Positions 9,453 through 18,513 of a DNA stretch of 64,000 nucleotides are shown one piece after another. Where the stretch lies: NCBI GenBank assembly GCA_043798985.1, contig JAZDOE010000003.1:7917-71916 (forward strand), written 5' to 3'. The translations under genes and the position numbers were made by a program. The first letter of the stretch is position 1; every line of letters begins with the position of its first letter. Origin of the DNA: Candidatus Falkowbacteria bacterium. Its GTDB lineage: Bacteria > Patescibacteriota > Patescibacteriia > UBA11705 > JACRDX01. The notes beneath the pieces are model-generated. The model was not told the DNA's origin. It made no database searches and saw only the letters and a program-made list of their open reading frames with translations.

Positions 9453-9719
9453 ATGAAAAAAATGTGTAAAAACTCGGTCGGATTGACGCTCGGTTTATTC
9501 GTAGCGTTAATTCATCTCTTTTGGGCAATCCTTGTTGCAGCGAACATTGCCAAGCCATTAGTGGATTGGAGTTTATCAATGCACATGCTACAGCTTGATT
9601 ATTCAATTCTCGTGTTTGATTTTGGCAAATCAGCAATGCTGATCGTAATGACGTTTGTGTGCGGCTATGTGTGCGGATGGGTTTTTTCCGCGATTTGGAA
9701 TTTATTTAGAAAAGATTAG
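9453..9719 (+). CDS. Small two-TM membrane protein
   Basis: Two hydrophobic segments, GWVFSAIWN end. Confidence 0.7.
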   Translation: MKKMCKNSVGLTLGLFVALIHLFWAILVAANIAKPLVDWSLSMHMLQLDYSILVFDFGKSAMLIVMTFVCGYVCGWVFSAIWNLFRKD

Positions 9720-9748
9720 TTTGCGAATTAGATTGGTAATTAAAAATT

Positions 9749-10360
9749 GTGACCAATTTCTTGGTGGAATTTTTTGTAAAAATTATTGAAACTGGCGGAT
9801 ACGCGGGCATTGTGTTTTTAATGACATTGGAAAGTATGGTGGCGCCAGTGCCGAGCGAAGCTGTTATGCCATTTGCAGGATTTTTGTGGTTTGAGGGCAA
9901 AATGGCACTGGCGCCCATAATTATTTTTAGCACGATCGGAAGTATCGTTGGTTCATTGCTTTCCTATTTGATCGGTTTGTATGGCGGAAGATTGTTTATT
10001 GAAAAATTTGGCAAATATTTTTTATTGAATAAAGAGCATCTGGTAGCAACCGAAAGATTTTTTAACAAGTTTGGCGCAAAAACGATTTTCATCAGCAGAT
10101 TTATTCCGGTTGTCCGTCATTTGATTTCATTGCCAGCCGGAATGGCAAAAATGTCATTGCCAAAATTTGTTGTTTATACAATAGTTGGCGCTGGTTTGTG
10201 GAATACATTTTTGGCATGGTTTGGATATTATCTTGGCGGAAAATGGGAAATAATCAGGCAATACAGCGAAAAGATTGACATCGTTGTTGTCGTGCTACTT
10301 GTTGCGATTGCTACGCTATGGTTTTGGAAAAGACGAATACTTGACCATGCTCAACGCTAA
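9749..10360 (+). CDS. DedA family protein
   Basis: ESMVAPVPSEAVMPFAG, SRFIPVVRHLISLPAG. Confidence 0.92.
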   Translation: MTNFLVEFFVKIIETGGYAGIVFLMTLESMVAPVPSEAVMPFAGFLWFEGKMALAPIIIFSTIGSIVGSLLSYLIGLYGGRLFIEKFGKYFLLNKEHLVATERFFNKFGAKTIFISRFIPVVRHLISLPAGMAKMSLPKFVVYTIVGAGLWNTFLAWFGYYLGGKWEIIRQYSEKIDIVVVVLLVAIATLWFWKRRILDHAQR

Positions 10361-10473
10361 TATAAAAAAATAACGGCATTCGGTGATTGGTTTCGACGCT
10401 CGTTTCGTTATTCGTTGGACGTTAACCGAAACTTGCATCGATACCGCAACCGGTCGCTGATTTAAATTACAAT

Positions 10474-10821
10474 ATGAATCTTAAAGATTATCAAGAATTG
10501 TGTAAAAAAACAGCAAGAGTTTTTGACAATAAAGAGCGCGAGATTATGGCATGGGGTTTGGGAATTGCTGGCGAGGCAGGCGATGTTGCGGGTTGTATTA
10601 AGAAAACTTACGCGCAGGGCGACGACCAGATTTTGGGTATTAGGGAAAATTTGGGAGACACAATGTGGTATATTGCAATGATGTGCAATTTTTACGGATG
10701 GAATTTTGAGGATGTTTTGCAGGAAAATATAGACAAATTAAGCAAGCGCTATAAGAGCGGGCAGTTCACGGTGCAGGAAGCACGGCGCAACGGAACGCGC
10801 ATTGATTGGAATGAAAAGTAG
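10474..10821 (+). CDS. MazG-like NTP pyrophosphohydrolase
   Basis: LGIAGEAGDVA..IKK, ENLGDTMWY, NIDKLSKRY. Confidence 0.85.
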   Translation: MNLKDYQELCKKTARVFDNKEREIMAWGLGIAGEAGDVAGCIKKTYAQGDDQILGIRENLGDTMWYIAMMCNFYGWNFEDVLQENIDKLSKRYKSGQFTVQEARRNGTRIDWNEK

Positions 10822-10845
10822 TAATTGTGGTATAATAAATTAAGT

Positions 10846-11118
10846 ATGTATTATCCAGATCAGCAAAAAAAATCAGTTGAATTAAAATCAGCTGGAAAAT
10901 TTTTGGTCATTGCTTATTTATTGCTGGTGGTTTGCTTTTTTTTGTGGAGCTGGCCGATTTTTGGATTGCCCACTGAAATTGTTATTTTAATTTTGTGCGT
11001 TTTTTCTTTACAAAGTTTGCAGCGTCGGTGGGCGATTGCCTGTCTGATTGTAGATTGTATTTTTCTGTTGTTGACATTGATTAATATCGGCGTCCGAGTT
11101 TATTTAGCTTATAGTTAA
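10846..11118 (+). CDS. Hypothetical membrane protein
   Basis: Hydrophobic ORF after TGGTATAAT -10 element. Confidence 0.55.
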   Translation: MYYPDQQKKSVELKSAGKFLVIAYLLLVVCFFLWSWPIFGLPTEIVILILCVFSLQSLQRRWAIACLIVDCIFLLLTLINIGVRVYLAYS

Positions 11119-11121
11119 AAT

Positions 11122-11595
11122 ATGAAAAAACAAAAAAACATTGAGTGGCAATTTCCAGAATATAATCAGTATGAGCGAAGCCGCGCGTGGTATGTTGCCA
11201 TGTTGATTTTGCTCGGCGGGTTGTTGCTTTATTCTGTCTTGACCGGCAACTTTTTATTTGCTATCATTTTGGTTCTGGTAGTGTTTATTTCAGTTTTGCA
11301 AAGGTTCCAGCCACCGCTTGCAATTGACGCGGGCATTGATGAAAAAGGATTGCAAATCGGCAAAAAAAATATTCCGTTCCGCGATTTGGAAAAGTTCTGG
11401 TTAGTCTATGATCCGCCGACCACCAAAGTTTTATACGTCGCTTTTAAAAAAGGACTAAGGGACAATTTGGCAATACCGCTTGAAGACGCGAATCCATTGG
11501 ATATACGCGCGGCGCTAAAGGAATTTTTGGCAGAGGATTTATCAAAGGAACAGGAGGATTTGAATGAACAGCTGGAGCGAATTTTGCGTGTGTAA
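11122..11595 (+). CDS. Conserved CPR membrane protein
   Basis: WQFPEY..ERS..WY, two TMs, PH-like C-terminus. Confidence 0.7.
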   Translation: MKKQKNIEWQFPEYNQYERSRAWYVAMLILLGGLLLYSVLTGNFLFAIILVLVVFISVLQRFQPPLAIDAGIDEKGLQIGKKNIPFRDLEKFWLVYDPPTTKVLYVAFKKGLRDNLAIPLEDANPLDIRAALKEFLAEDLSKEQEDLNEQLERILRV

Positions 11596-11605
11596 TTTAA
11601 ATTGT

Positions 11606-11677
11606 GCGCTCGTAGTTCAACGGATAGAACATGGGTTTGCGGAGCCCACGATCGAGGTTCAATTCCTCGCGGGCGCA
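11606..11677 (+). tRNA. tRNA-Arg(GCG)
   Basis: GCGCTCG..CGGGCGC-A, stem TGGGT/GCCCA, loop TTGCGGA. Confidence 0.92.
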
Positions 11678-11698
11678 TTTATAATATAGTGTTGCAAT

Positions 11699-12796
11699 AT
11701 GCAAAAACAGGAAGGGAGTGTTAACCTTTCGGCCGTTGGCCAAGAACAGCCAGAGCAGACAGCAGAATATTATTTTGATTTATTTAGAGAGGCGTCTGGC
11801 GGAGATCAACAAGATGTTGAAAACGCGAGGCGTCTTTTTTTAAATTTGCCGAAATTGAAACCAAACGCTTTTGATTCAGGTAAAATGGTAAGAGATTATT
11901 TGAAAGAAAATGGATTTAGCTATGATTCTTCGGTGTATAAACTACAAGATGTGGTTAGATTAAGAAAAGGTAATTGTCTAAGTTTATCGCTGATTATTGG
12001 ACTGATAATGAAAGAGCGCGGGATTGAGCAAAAATTTCAGACGTTGGTGCATCCAATGGACGCGGTGTATCAATATGAAATGCGATTGTTTGACGAATTG
12101 AAAAGCGGCGAACATTTTGATTTTCATAATCCTGTTCTGCCAGATGCGCAGGCTGACTCGCCACAATATTATTTCGCGCCAGTAGAGCATCCGGTGTTAT
12201 TTCTTGATGGTAGACATTTAGAAACCACGTCAATTTCCGAAGATGAGATATCAAGCGCGGAGACAGATACTGGAGAAAAAGTTGCGGCTGAAAGCACAAG
12301 AGACTCTTCTTTTGGAGAACTTATCGGGCAAGTTTATTTTTGTAGAGTGGTTGACGCGAAGAAAAGCGGTGATTTGGCTCAAGCTATTGAGCTATGCAAA
12401 AAATCTTTGGAAATTTATCCGCGTGGCAGAGAAAGTTGGGGAATGTTGGAATCATTGGCTGAACAAACAGGGGATAAAGAATTAATGGAAAAAGCAAAAA
12501 ATGAATATTTGGCCATTGGCGGACATGATTCTTTGTACTATTTTAGTTTATATGCCATGACGCAAGATGCTAACTTTCTTGATAAAGCCTTGGAAAGATT
12601 CCCTGCTTATGCTGACGCGTTCACTGCGAAAAACGTACGGAATATGCTTGGAAGAGTTGATGAGGCAAAATTTAATTTTGCTGTTGCTGCTTGGTGCGTG
12701 GCAAACTCCCGAGTTCTTGATTTGCGCCAATTTTACGAAAGAAATCAAGATATTATGATAAAATTGTTTGGAAAAGAAAAGTTGTTTGACTTTTAA
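11699..12796 (+). CDS. Transglutaminase-like/TPR protein
   Basis: RKGNCLSLSL Cys motif, later His, TPR-like AIELCKKSLEIYP. Confidence 0.5.
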   Translation: MQKQEGSVNLSAVGQEQPEQTAEYYFDLFREASGGDQQDVENARRLFLNLPKLKPNAFDSGKMVRDYLKENGFSYDSSVYKLQDVVRLRKGNCLSLSLIIGLIMKERGIEQKFQTLVHPMDAVYQYEMRLFDELKSGEHFDFHNPVLPDAQADSPQYYFAPVEHPVLFLDGRHLETTSISEDEISSAETDTGEKVAAESTRDSSFGELIGQVYFCRVVDAKKSGDLAQAIELCKKSLEIYPRGRESWGMLESLAEQTGDKELMEKAKNEYLAIGGHDSLYYFSLYAMTQDANFLDKALERFPAYADAFTAKNVRNMLGRVDEAKFNFAVAAWCVANSRVLDLRQFYERNQDIMIKLFGKEKLFDF

Positions 12797-12839
12797 ATTT
12801 AAATTGGTAAGATATAGATAATAGACAAAGGAGGCGACA

Positions 12840-13040
12840 ATGAAAGAGGGCGCGCAGAAGAAACCGAGAAGTCCTGTTGTCAATCCACCTGCGGCAGGTG
12901 GTAGTGGAGGGTATGGTGAGCCGCCGGGAATGTGGGGTGAATTGCGGCTTGAGCAGAGGCTTCATCTGACGCCGCAAGTGCGCAAAAAGGTCGATCCTGC
13001 GAAGGTCAGGAGCAAGACCTTTTTGCCGCAGAAGCGGTAG
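12840..13040 (+). CDS. Small orphan protein
   Basis: AAAGGAGG SD; stop codon supplied by the REP; terminator follows. Confidence 0.5.
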   Translation: MKEGAQKKPRSPVVNPPAAGGSGGYGEPPGMWGELRLEQRLHLTPQVRKKVDPAKVRSKTFLPQKR

Positions 13041-13084
13041 AGACGAGATACCCGCCTGCCGTCGGGCAGGTATCTCGTCTCTAT
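13037..13084. repeat. GTAG-type REP palindrome carrying a 20-nt insert (13051-13070)
   Basis: GTAGAGACGAGATA[CCCGCCTGCCGTCGGGCAGG]TATCTCGTCTCTA; uninterrupted copies at 38874 and 39743. Confidence 0.9.
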
Positions 13085-13096
13085 GGACAGGATCAA

Positions 13097-13126
13097 GGGC
13101 GTTGCAAAATGTAACGCCTTTTTTTA
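13097..13126 (+). terminator. Intrinsic terminator
   Basis: GGGCGTTGCA-AAA-TGTAACGCCT followed by T run. Confidence 0.7.
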
Positions 13127-13162
13127 TTTGTTTTCTGCGGCAAAATCAGATAAAATTAAGTT

Positions 13163-15265
13163 ATGGATTTAAACACGTTGATTAAACAATTAAACAGAGT
13201 TGGCAAAACAACGTCTGGTCGTTTGGCGAAATTGGGATTGCACACGGTTGAAGACCTGATTTTTTATTTTCCGTTTCGCTACGAAGATTTTAGAACAATC
13301 GTTAAGATAAATGATTTGCAACCTGAAGCCGTTGTGACTGTCCGGGGCAGAATTGAACTTATCGCGAATCGTCGAAGTTTTCGGACGCGAAAAAATGTGA
13401 CAGAAGCGATTGTTGCTGATGATTCCGGGCAATTAAGAGTTGTATGGTTTAATCAACCATTTTTAACAAAAACGTTAAAACAAGGCGATGAAATTTTTTT
13501 GGCTGGAAAAGTTTCGGGTGACGATTTTGCGGTGCAGATGATTTCGCCGATGTACGAACCCGCCTTCGCCCCGCTATCAGCGGGGCTTCGGCAGGGCGAG
13601 CTAATACATACTGCGAGAATTGTGCCGATTTATCCGCTGACCGCAGGCGTGACCGAAAAACAACTTAGATTTTTGGTCAAACAAGCTTTGCCAACGGTCA
13701 GGCAGATGAAAGATTATTTACCAAAAGAATTAATAGCGGCCGACAACTTTTTAAAATTAAGCGAAGCTTTGGAACAAGTTCATTTTCCGACAGATGAAAT
13801 ATTGTTGTCGGCCGCGAAAAAGCGGTTGGGTTTTGATGAATTGTTTTTAATCCAGTTAAGAATACAGCGGGCGCGGCAAGAACTTGATGCCTCATCCGCG
13901 CCCGCCGTAAAATTTTTGCAAAAGCCGACAAAAGAGTTTGTTGAAAATTTGCCGTTCAAATTGACTTACGCGCAAAGACAAGTGTCATGGGAAATTTTGC
14001 AGGATTTGGAAAAATCGCGGCCAATGAATCGTTTATTGCAAGGCGATGTTGGTTCTGGCAAAACAGTGACAGCCGCGATTGCCATACTGAACGTCGTGCT
14101 GAATGGATACAAAGTTGTTGTAATGGCGCCAACAGAAATTTTAGCGCAGCAGCATTTTAAAACTTTTCAAAAATTGTTTGCTAAAAATAATTTTAGAATT
14201 GCGATTTTGACGCGCGGCAGCAAGTTGGTTGGCGATGAAAAAATGACGCCGAAAAAAATGTTGAATATTGTTAATGCCGGAGAATTTGATTTACTGGTTG
14301 GCACGCACGCTTTAATTCAGGAAAAAATTAAAATTCCAAATTTGGGGTTTGTTGTTGTTGACGAACAACACAGATTCGGCGTAAAACAAAGAATGGCGTT
14401 GGCAAAAGCTAAACAACAAAATGTTGTTGTGCCGCATTTTTTGTCAATGACCGCCACCCCGATTCCGCGTACTTTGATGCTGACTGTTTATGGAGATTTG
14501 GATTTGAGCGTGATAAAGCAAATGCCAGCTGGTCGCAAACCGATAATTACAAAAGTGGTGGATGAAAATAATCGCGCGAAAGCTTACGAATTTGTGCGTA
14601 AAGAAATACAAGCAGGCAAGCCATGCCTACCGGCAGGCAGGCAGGCGTTTGTAATTTGTCCATTGATTGATCCGTCAGACACTTTGGGTTACAAATCAGC
14701 GAAACAAGAAAGCGACTTTTTGGCAAAGGATATTTTTCAAGATTTGAAAATTGGTTTGATGCATGGCAAGTTAAAATCCGCTGAAAAAGAAACGGTCATG
14801 GCAAAATTCAGCAACAAAGAATTTGATATTTTAGTTTCAACTTCAGTTGTTGAGGTTGGCGTGGATATTCCAAACGCCACGATAATGATGATTGAGGGCG
14901 CTGACAGATTTGGTTTGGCGCAGCTTCATCAGTTTCGTGGTAGAGTTGGTCGCGCAGAGCACCAGTCATATTGTTTTTTGTTTTCGTCTAATAATAATCC
15001 AGCGGCAATAAAGCGCTTGCAATATTTAGAAACTTGCATTGACGGGTTTAGCTTAGCTGAAAAAGATTTAGAATCACGCGGGGCAGGCGAGATTTATGGT
15101 AGCAGGCAGTCTGGTTTGCCAGAGTTTAAAATAGCTAAAATTACAGATTTTGAGCTTGTTGCTTTGGCGCAAAAACAAGCAAAATGGATTTTGGAAAACG
15201 CAAAAATAACGCCGGAATTATCAGCGCAAATGGAACGAATGGAATTTGTCGGACATTGTGAATAA
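13163..15265 (+). CDS. recG: ATP-dependent DNA helicase RecG (two palindromic in-frame inserts)
   Basis: RLLQGDVGSGKT, DEQHRFG, MTATPIPRTL, QLHQFRGRVGR. Confidence 0.97.
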   Translation: MDLNTLIKQLNRVGKTTSGRLAKLGLHTVEDLIFYFPFRYEDFRTIVKINDLQPEAVVTVRGRIELIANRRSFRTRKNVTEAIVADDSGQLRVVWFNQPFLTKTLKQGDEIFLAGKVSGDDFAVQMISPMYEPAFAPLSAGLRQGELIHTARIVPIYPLTAGVTEKQLRFLVKQALPTVRQMKDYLPKELIAADNFLKLSEALEQVHFPTDEILLSAAKKRLGFDELFLIQLRIQRARQELDASSAPAVKFLQKPTKEFVENLPFKLTYAQRQVSWEILQDLEKSRPMNRLLQGDVGSGKTVTAAIAILNVVLNGYKVVVMAPTEILAQQHFKTFQKLFAKNNFRIAILTRGSKLVGDEKMTPKKMLNIVNAGEFDLLVGTHALIQEKIKIPNLGFVVVDEQHRFGVKQRMALAKAKQQNVVVPHFLSMTATPIPRTLMLTVYGDLDLSVIKQMPAGRKPIITKVVDENNRAKAYEFVRKEIQAGKPCLPAGRQAFVICPLIDPSDTLGYKSAKQESDFLAKDIFQDLKIGLMHGKLKSAEKETVMAKFSNKEFDILVSTSVVEVGVDIPNATIMMIEGADRFGLAQLHQFRGRVGRAEHQSYCFLFSSNNNPAAIKRLQYLETCIDGFSLAEKDLESRGAGEIYGSRQSGLPEFKIAKITDFELVALAQKQAKWILENAKITPELSAQMERMEFVGHCE
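13559..13600. repeat. In-frame palindromic insert in recG (PAFAPLSAGLRQGE)
   Basis: CCCGCCTTCGCCCCGCTATCAGCGGGGCTTCGGCAGGGCGAG, GC-rich hairpin in an AT-rich gene. Confidence 0.75.
14621..14641. repeat. 21-nt in-frame insert in recG (PCLPAGR)
   Basis: CCATGCCTACCGGCAGGCAGG, identical to 54950-54970. Confidence 0.9.
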
Positions 15266-15272
15266 TTTAGTC

Positions 15273-15301
15273 TTGACATTTCAAGATGGTTTTGCTACAC
15301 T
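15273..15301 (+). promoter_or_regulatory. Sigma70 promoter
   Basis: TTGACA-17-TACACT with extended TG. Confidence 0.75.
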
Positions 15302-15342
15302 AAAGCCATCTTTTTTGTTCGTCACAACCTGAAGGAGGGAAC

Positions 15343-15705
15343 ATGACGAAGAGAGTGAGGGGAAAGTTCGTAAAGGAAGCGGAGTATTGTTGCGGCTGCC
15401 ATATGCGCGTGGCGCCGCAGGATCCGCGTCGCGTTCAGCTGGACGACGGTGCGCCGGCGCACAGGACTTGTCTCGGCAAGACGCTCTCACGGGCAGTAGA
15501 GATGAAAATGCCGGTGCAGGACCTCAAGCCGTTGTGTGAGGCAGTGCGCCGTAGCGTGGGCGAGTCTGCGTACGGCAAGTTGTTTGAGCGCGAAGTCCAG
15601 CCGGTGCTGATGGATCAGCGGCGTGAAGAGCAGTTCGCGCAGATAGCGCAGTTGCGTCGCGAGCGGCGACCGCAGGCCGCCAGAAAAGCTGGCGCCATGG
15701 CGTGA
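15343..15705 (+). CDS. GC-rich orphan protein (Cys/His-containing)
   Basis: Own promoter, AAGGAGG SD, terminator; CCGCH..HRTC. Confidence 0.7.
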   Translation: MTKRVRGKFVKEAEYCCGCHMRVAPQDPRRVQLDDGAPAHRTCLGKTLSRAVEMKMPVQDLKPLCEAVRRSVGESAYGKLFEREVQPVLMDQRREEQFAQIAQLRRERRPQAARKAGAMA

Positions 15706-15714
15706 AGAACGTCA

Positions 15715-15748
15715 CCCCCTTACTATAACGTAGTAGGGGGATTTTTTT
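15715..15748 (+). terminator. Terminator, same family as 32228-32263
   Basis: CCCCCTTACTA-TAACG-TAGTAGGGGG + T run. Confidence 0.8.
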
Positions 15749-17084
15749 ATAAGTTAGAAATCAAATCTCTAATATTGCTGATTTTGCGCGCGGCAATAGA
15801 AAGGTTTGTCGGCGTATTTGGCGCGAGCGCGTGTTTGAAATTAAGTCGTTCCGCCTCTTTTAATCGTTGTTCAAGTTTTACAACATTGCGCACTTCTCCG
15901 CCGAGTCCAACCTCGCCGACAATAAGTGTGTTTTTTGGAATTATTTTGTCCAGTTTGCTGGAAAGAATTGCCGCGCAAACAGCAAGGTCAATTGACTGGT
16001 CGTTTACTTTAATGCCGCCGGTAATGTTTAGATGAATATCTTGGTTGGTTAAATTTATTTGTGTGCGTTTTGAAATTACCGCGGACAACATTTGTAAGCG
16101 GTTTATATCATAACCCGAAACTTTGCGTTGTGGATAACCAAAAACCGTTGGCGTGACAAGCGCTTGAATTTCAATTAAAAACGGTCGCGTGCCTTCCATG
16201 AAACAAGATATGGCCGTTCCTGATTGCTCGGCGGATTCAGATAAAAATATCTTATTTGGATTTTTCATTTCCAATAAACCTGTTTCAACCATTTCAAAAA
16301 CTCCGATTTCATTTGTTGAACCAAAACGATTTTTAACACCGCGCAAAATGCGAGCGTCTTGGAATCTTTCGCCTTCAAAATAAAGCACAACGTCAACCAA
16401 ATGTTCCAATGTTTTGGGACCTGCGATCGCGCCGTCTTTTGTGATGTGGCCGATTAAAATTATTGGAATATTTAGTTCTTTTGCAAGCATTAAAATTTTT
16501 GCGGCGCAACATCTTATTTGGCCAATGTTGCCGGGTTCTGATTCCATTTCGTCAGAATAAATTGTTTGGATTGAGTCAATCGCAACAAGCGTTGGTTTGA
16601 GTTGTTTAATGCTAGCAATTATTTTTTCCAAATTTGTTTCTGATAAAAAATTTACAGCTGCTGTAATATTCAATCTGTCATATCTTAATTTGATTTGTTC
16701 TGCTGATTCTTCTCCAGAGATATAAAGTAGGGGCGAGCCCACGGTTGTTTGAATGTGTTTGAAAATTTGTAAAAGCAATGTTGATTTTCCAATTCCCGGC
16801 TCGCCGCCAAGCAAAATCAAACTTCCGGGAACAATGCCGTTGCCAAGCACTCTGTCAAATTCCGCGAGATTTGTTTTGAGTCGCGGCGTTTTGTTTGGCG
16901 TGAGTTTTTGTAAGTCAATAATTTTTGCGGCGTCAAAAGAAACGGGAACTGCTTTTTGTTCCCTCCTTGAGATTGTTTCTTGTTGCAATGTTCCCCATGC
17001 TCCGCATTCTGGGCACCGTCCTTGCCATTTCAACGCCTGCGCTCCGCACTTGGAGCATGAGAATATTGTTTGATTTTTCGGCAT
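15747..17084 (-). CDS. radA: DNA repair protein RadA/Sms
   Basis: CxxCG..W.GRCPECGAW, GGEPGIGKST, KNRFG. Confidence 0.97.
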   Translation of the reverse strand: MPKNQTIFSCSKCGAQALKWQGRCPECGAWGTLQQETISRREQKAVPVSFDAAKIIDLQKLTPNKTPRLKTNLAEFDRVLGNGIVPGSLILLGGEPGIGKSTLLLQIFKHIQTTVGSPLLYISGEESAEQIKLRYDRLNITAAVNFLSETNLEKIIASIKQLKPTLVAIDSIQTIYSDEMESEPGNIGQIRCCAAKILMLAKELNIPIILIGHITKDGAIAGPKTLEHLVDVVLYFEGERFQDARILRGVKNRFGSTNEIGVFEMVETGLLEMKNPNKIFLSESAEQSGTAISCFMEGTRPFLIEIQALVTPTVFGYPQRKVSGYDINRLQMLSAVISKRTQINLTNQDIHLNITGGIKVNDQSIDLAVCAAILSSKLDKIIPKNTLIVGEVGLGGEVRNVVKLEQRLKEAERLNFKHALAPNTPTNLSIAARKISNIRDLISNL

Positions 17085-17085
17085 A

Positions 17086-18495
17086 TTATTTTATCGCGAC
17101 TGGACAATTTCCTCCTGGTTCCGCTTGGAACAAATTTGTCACTCCATATTTGTCCATTATTCTTTCTTTTCCTGCTTTGCGAACCGAGGCTGCTTTGCCT
17201 TTGCCATATTGGAGTCCTCCTATCGCTGCTTCCTGCAACGTCTTATAATAGCCTCCTGTCCAGTCGCTTGGTTGATAACCACCGTCTTTTGGAGTGCAAA
17301 CAGTTTTTCCTATATCAAACGCCTTTTCTTTGCAACGTTTTATAATTAGGGTCTGCCATGACAGCGCGAGTCCATTTTCAATATTTTCTCCGCCCTGGCA
17401 TCCCCCTTTATTTAAGGTGCTTGTTAGGTTGTCTATCCCGCTGTTATGATAAAGGTAAAGCAACGTTGCCATATCAGGATCAGATAAATTTTTTGTGCCG
17501 GCGCAATTGCTTTCTATTATTTTTTTTGCACTTAATATTGCCTTAGTTATGCCAGCAGTTTGTAAATTAACATCAAAAAGTCTAGGATCGTTTTCAACAA
17601 GCTCGCCGGTAGCCAAGCCCAATTCTGAAAAATAATAATTCATTTTTTTCACGTCTTTCTCCCCCCCCAAAGTTCCTTCTATGGATGATTTTTTAAATTG
17701 GAACAATCCTCCAAAACAAGAGCAGTTGACTACGTATGGTTGAAAGCTGGATTCGTAGTCAGCGATCCCCATTAATATTTTCCAGTTGAAATTTCCGCAA
17801 GCGGCGAAATTTCTGAATGTCTGTTCAAAGTTTCCCGGAGGAATGGAAGTGCTGTTTGTTTGTATTCCGCAATGTTTTAAAACAGATTCGTGACCAGCTC
17901 CGCAAGTGCCGTCAGAATTTGCCGCTTCATCTTTGCCGAATAAAATATCGTCCATTGTCACTCTTTTTACTAATTCCATGTTGAAGGATTTTAGTTTTGT
18001 AAGTTCTGGATTTATAAAGTATAAAATAAGATATGCCGATAGAAGAATGATTAAGCCGCTGATGCTGCCAAGAATAGTTTTTTTGCTTTTTTCAACCCAA
18101 GATTTATTAAGACCGCTTAGCATGTAGAAAAACCCGCCGATAATCAGCAAAAGAGTGGCAAAAACCGCGCCGATAATTAGGGCATATTTATAAATCGCAA
18201 GCAGATATTCAGCGATCCACGGAATATCAATTGATTGTGGCTCGCCTTGGTCGTTTTTAGTTATTGTTGCGTTTGAAAACTGGGGGAGCGTTGGACTTGG
18301 TATATTTAACTTTGGAGATTGTGGAGCGCCTGCGTTTTCGCCTTCTGATGCGATTATTTTTGCAAAATTCGGAAGCGTTGGGATCGGTATATTTAACTTT
18401 GGTCCTTCTATGATTTCTGTGCTAGTTGTTTGGGCAAATGCAAATAACGGAAAGAGCATTAGTATTAAGTTAAGTAGTAAAAATAATTTACGCAT
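17086..18495 (-). CDS. VirB2/TrbC-like pilin domain fused to lytic transglycosylase (SLT-like) domain
   Basis: Signal peptide; IIGGFFYM.SG....VEKSKKTI...GLIILL.AYLIL..INP; then IADYESSF..GGLFQF..YHNSG. Confidence 0.7.
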   Translation of the reverse strand: MRKLFLLLNLILMLFPLFAFAQTTSTEIIEGPKLNIPIPTLPNFAKIIASEGENAGAPQSPKLNIPSPTLPQFSNATITKNDQGEPQSIDIPWIAEYLLAIYKYALIIGAVFATLLLIIGGFFYMLSGLNKSWVEKSKKTILGSISGLIILLSAYLILYFINPELTKLKSFNMELVKRVTMDDILFGKDEAANSDGTCGAGHESVLKHCGIQTNSTSIPPGNFEQTFRNFAACGNFNWKILMGIADYESSFQPYVVNCSCFGGLFQFKKSSIEGTLGGEKDVKKMNYYFSELGLATGELVENDPRLFDVNLQTAGITKAILSAKKIIESNCAGTKNLSDPDMATLLYLYHNSGIDNLTSTLNKGGCQGGENIENGLALSWQTLIIKRCKEKAFDIGKTVCTPKDGGYQPSDWTGGYYKTLQEAAIGGLQYGKGKAASVRKAGKERIMDKYGVTNLFQAEPGGNCPVAIK

Positions 18496-18513
18496 AACCA
18501 TTAGCCGTTGTTG

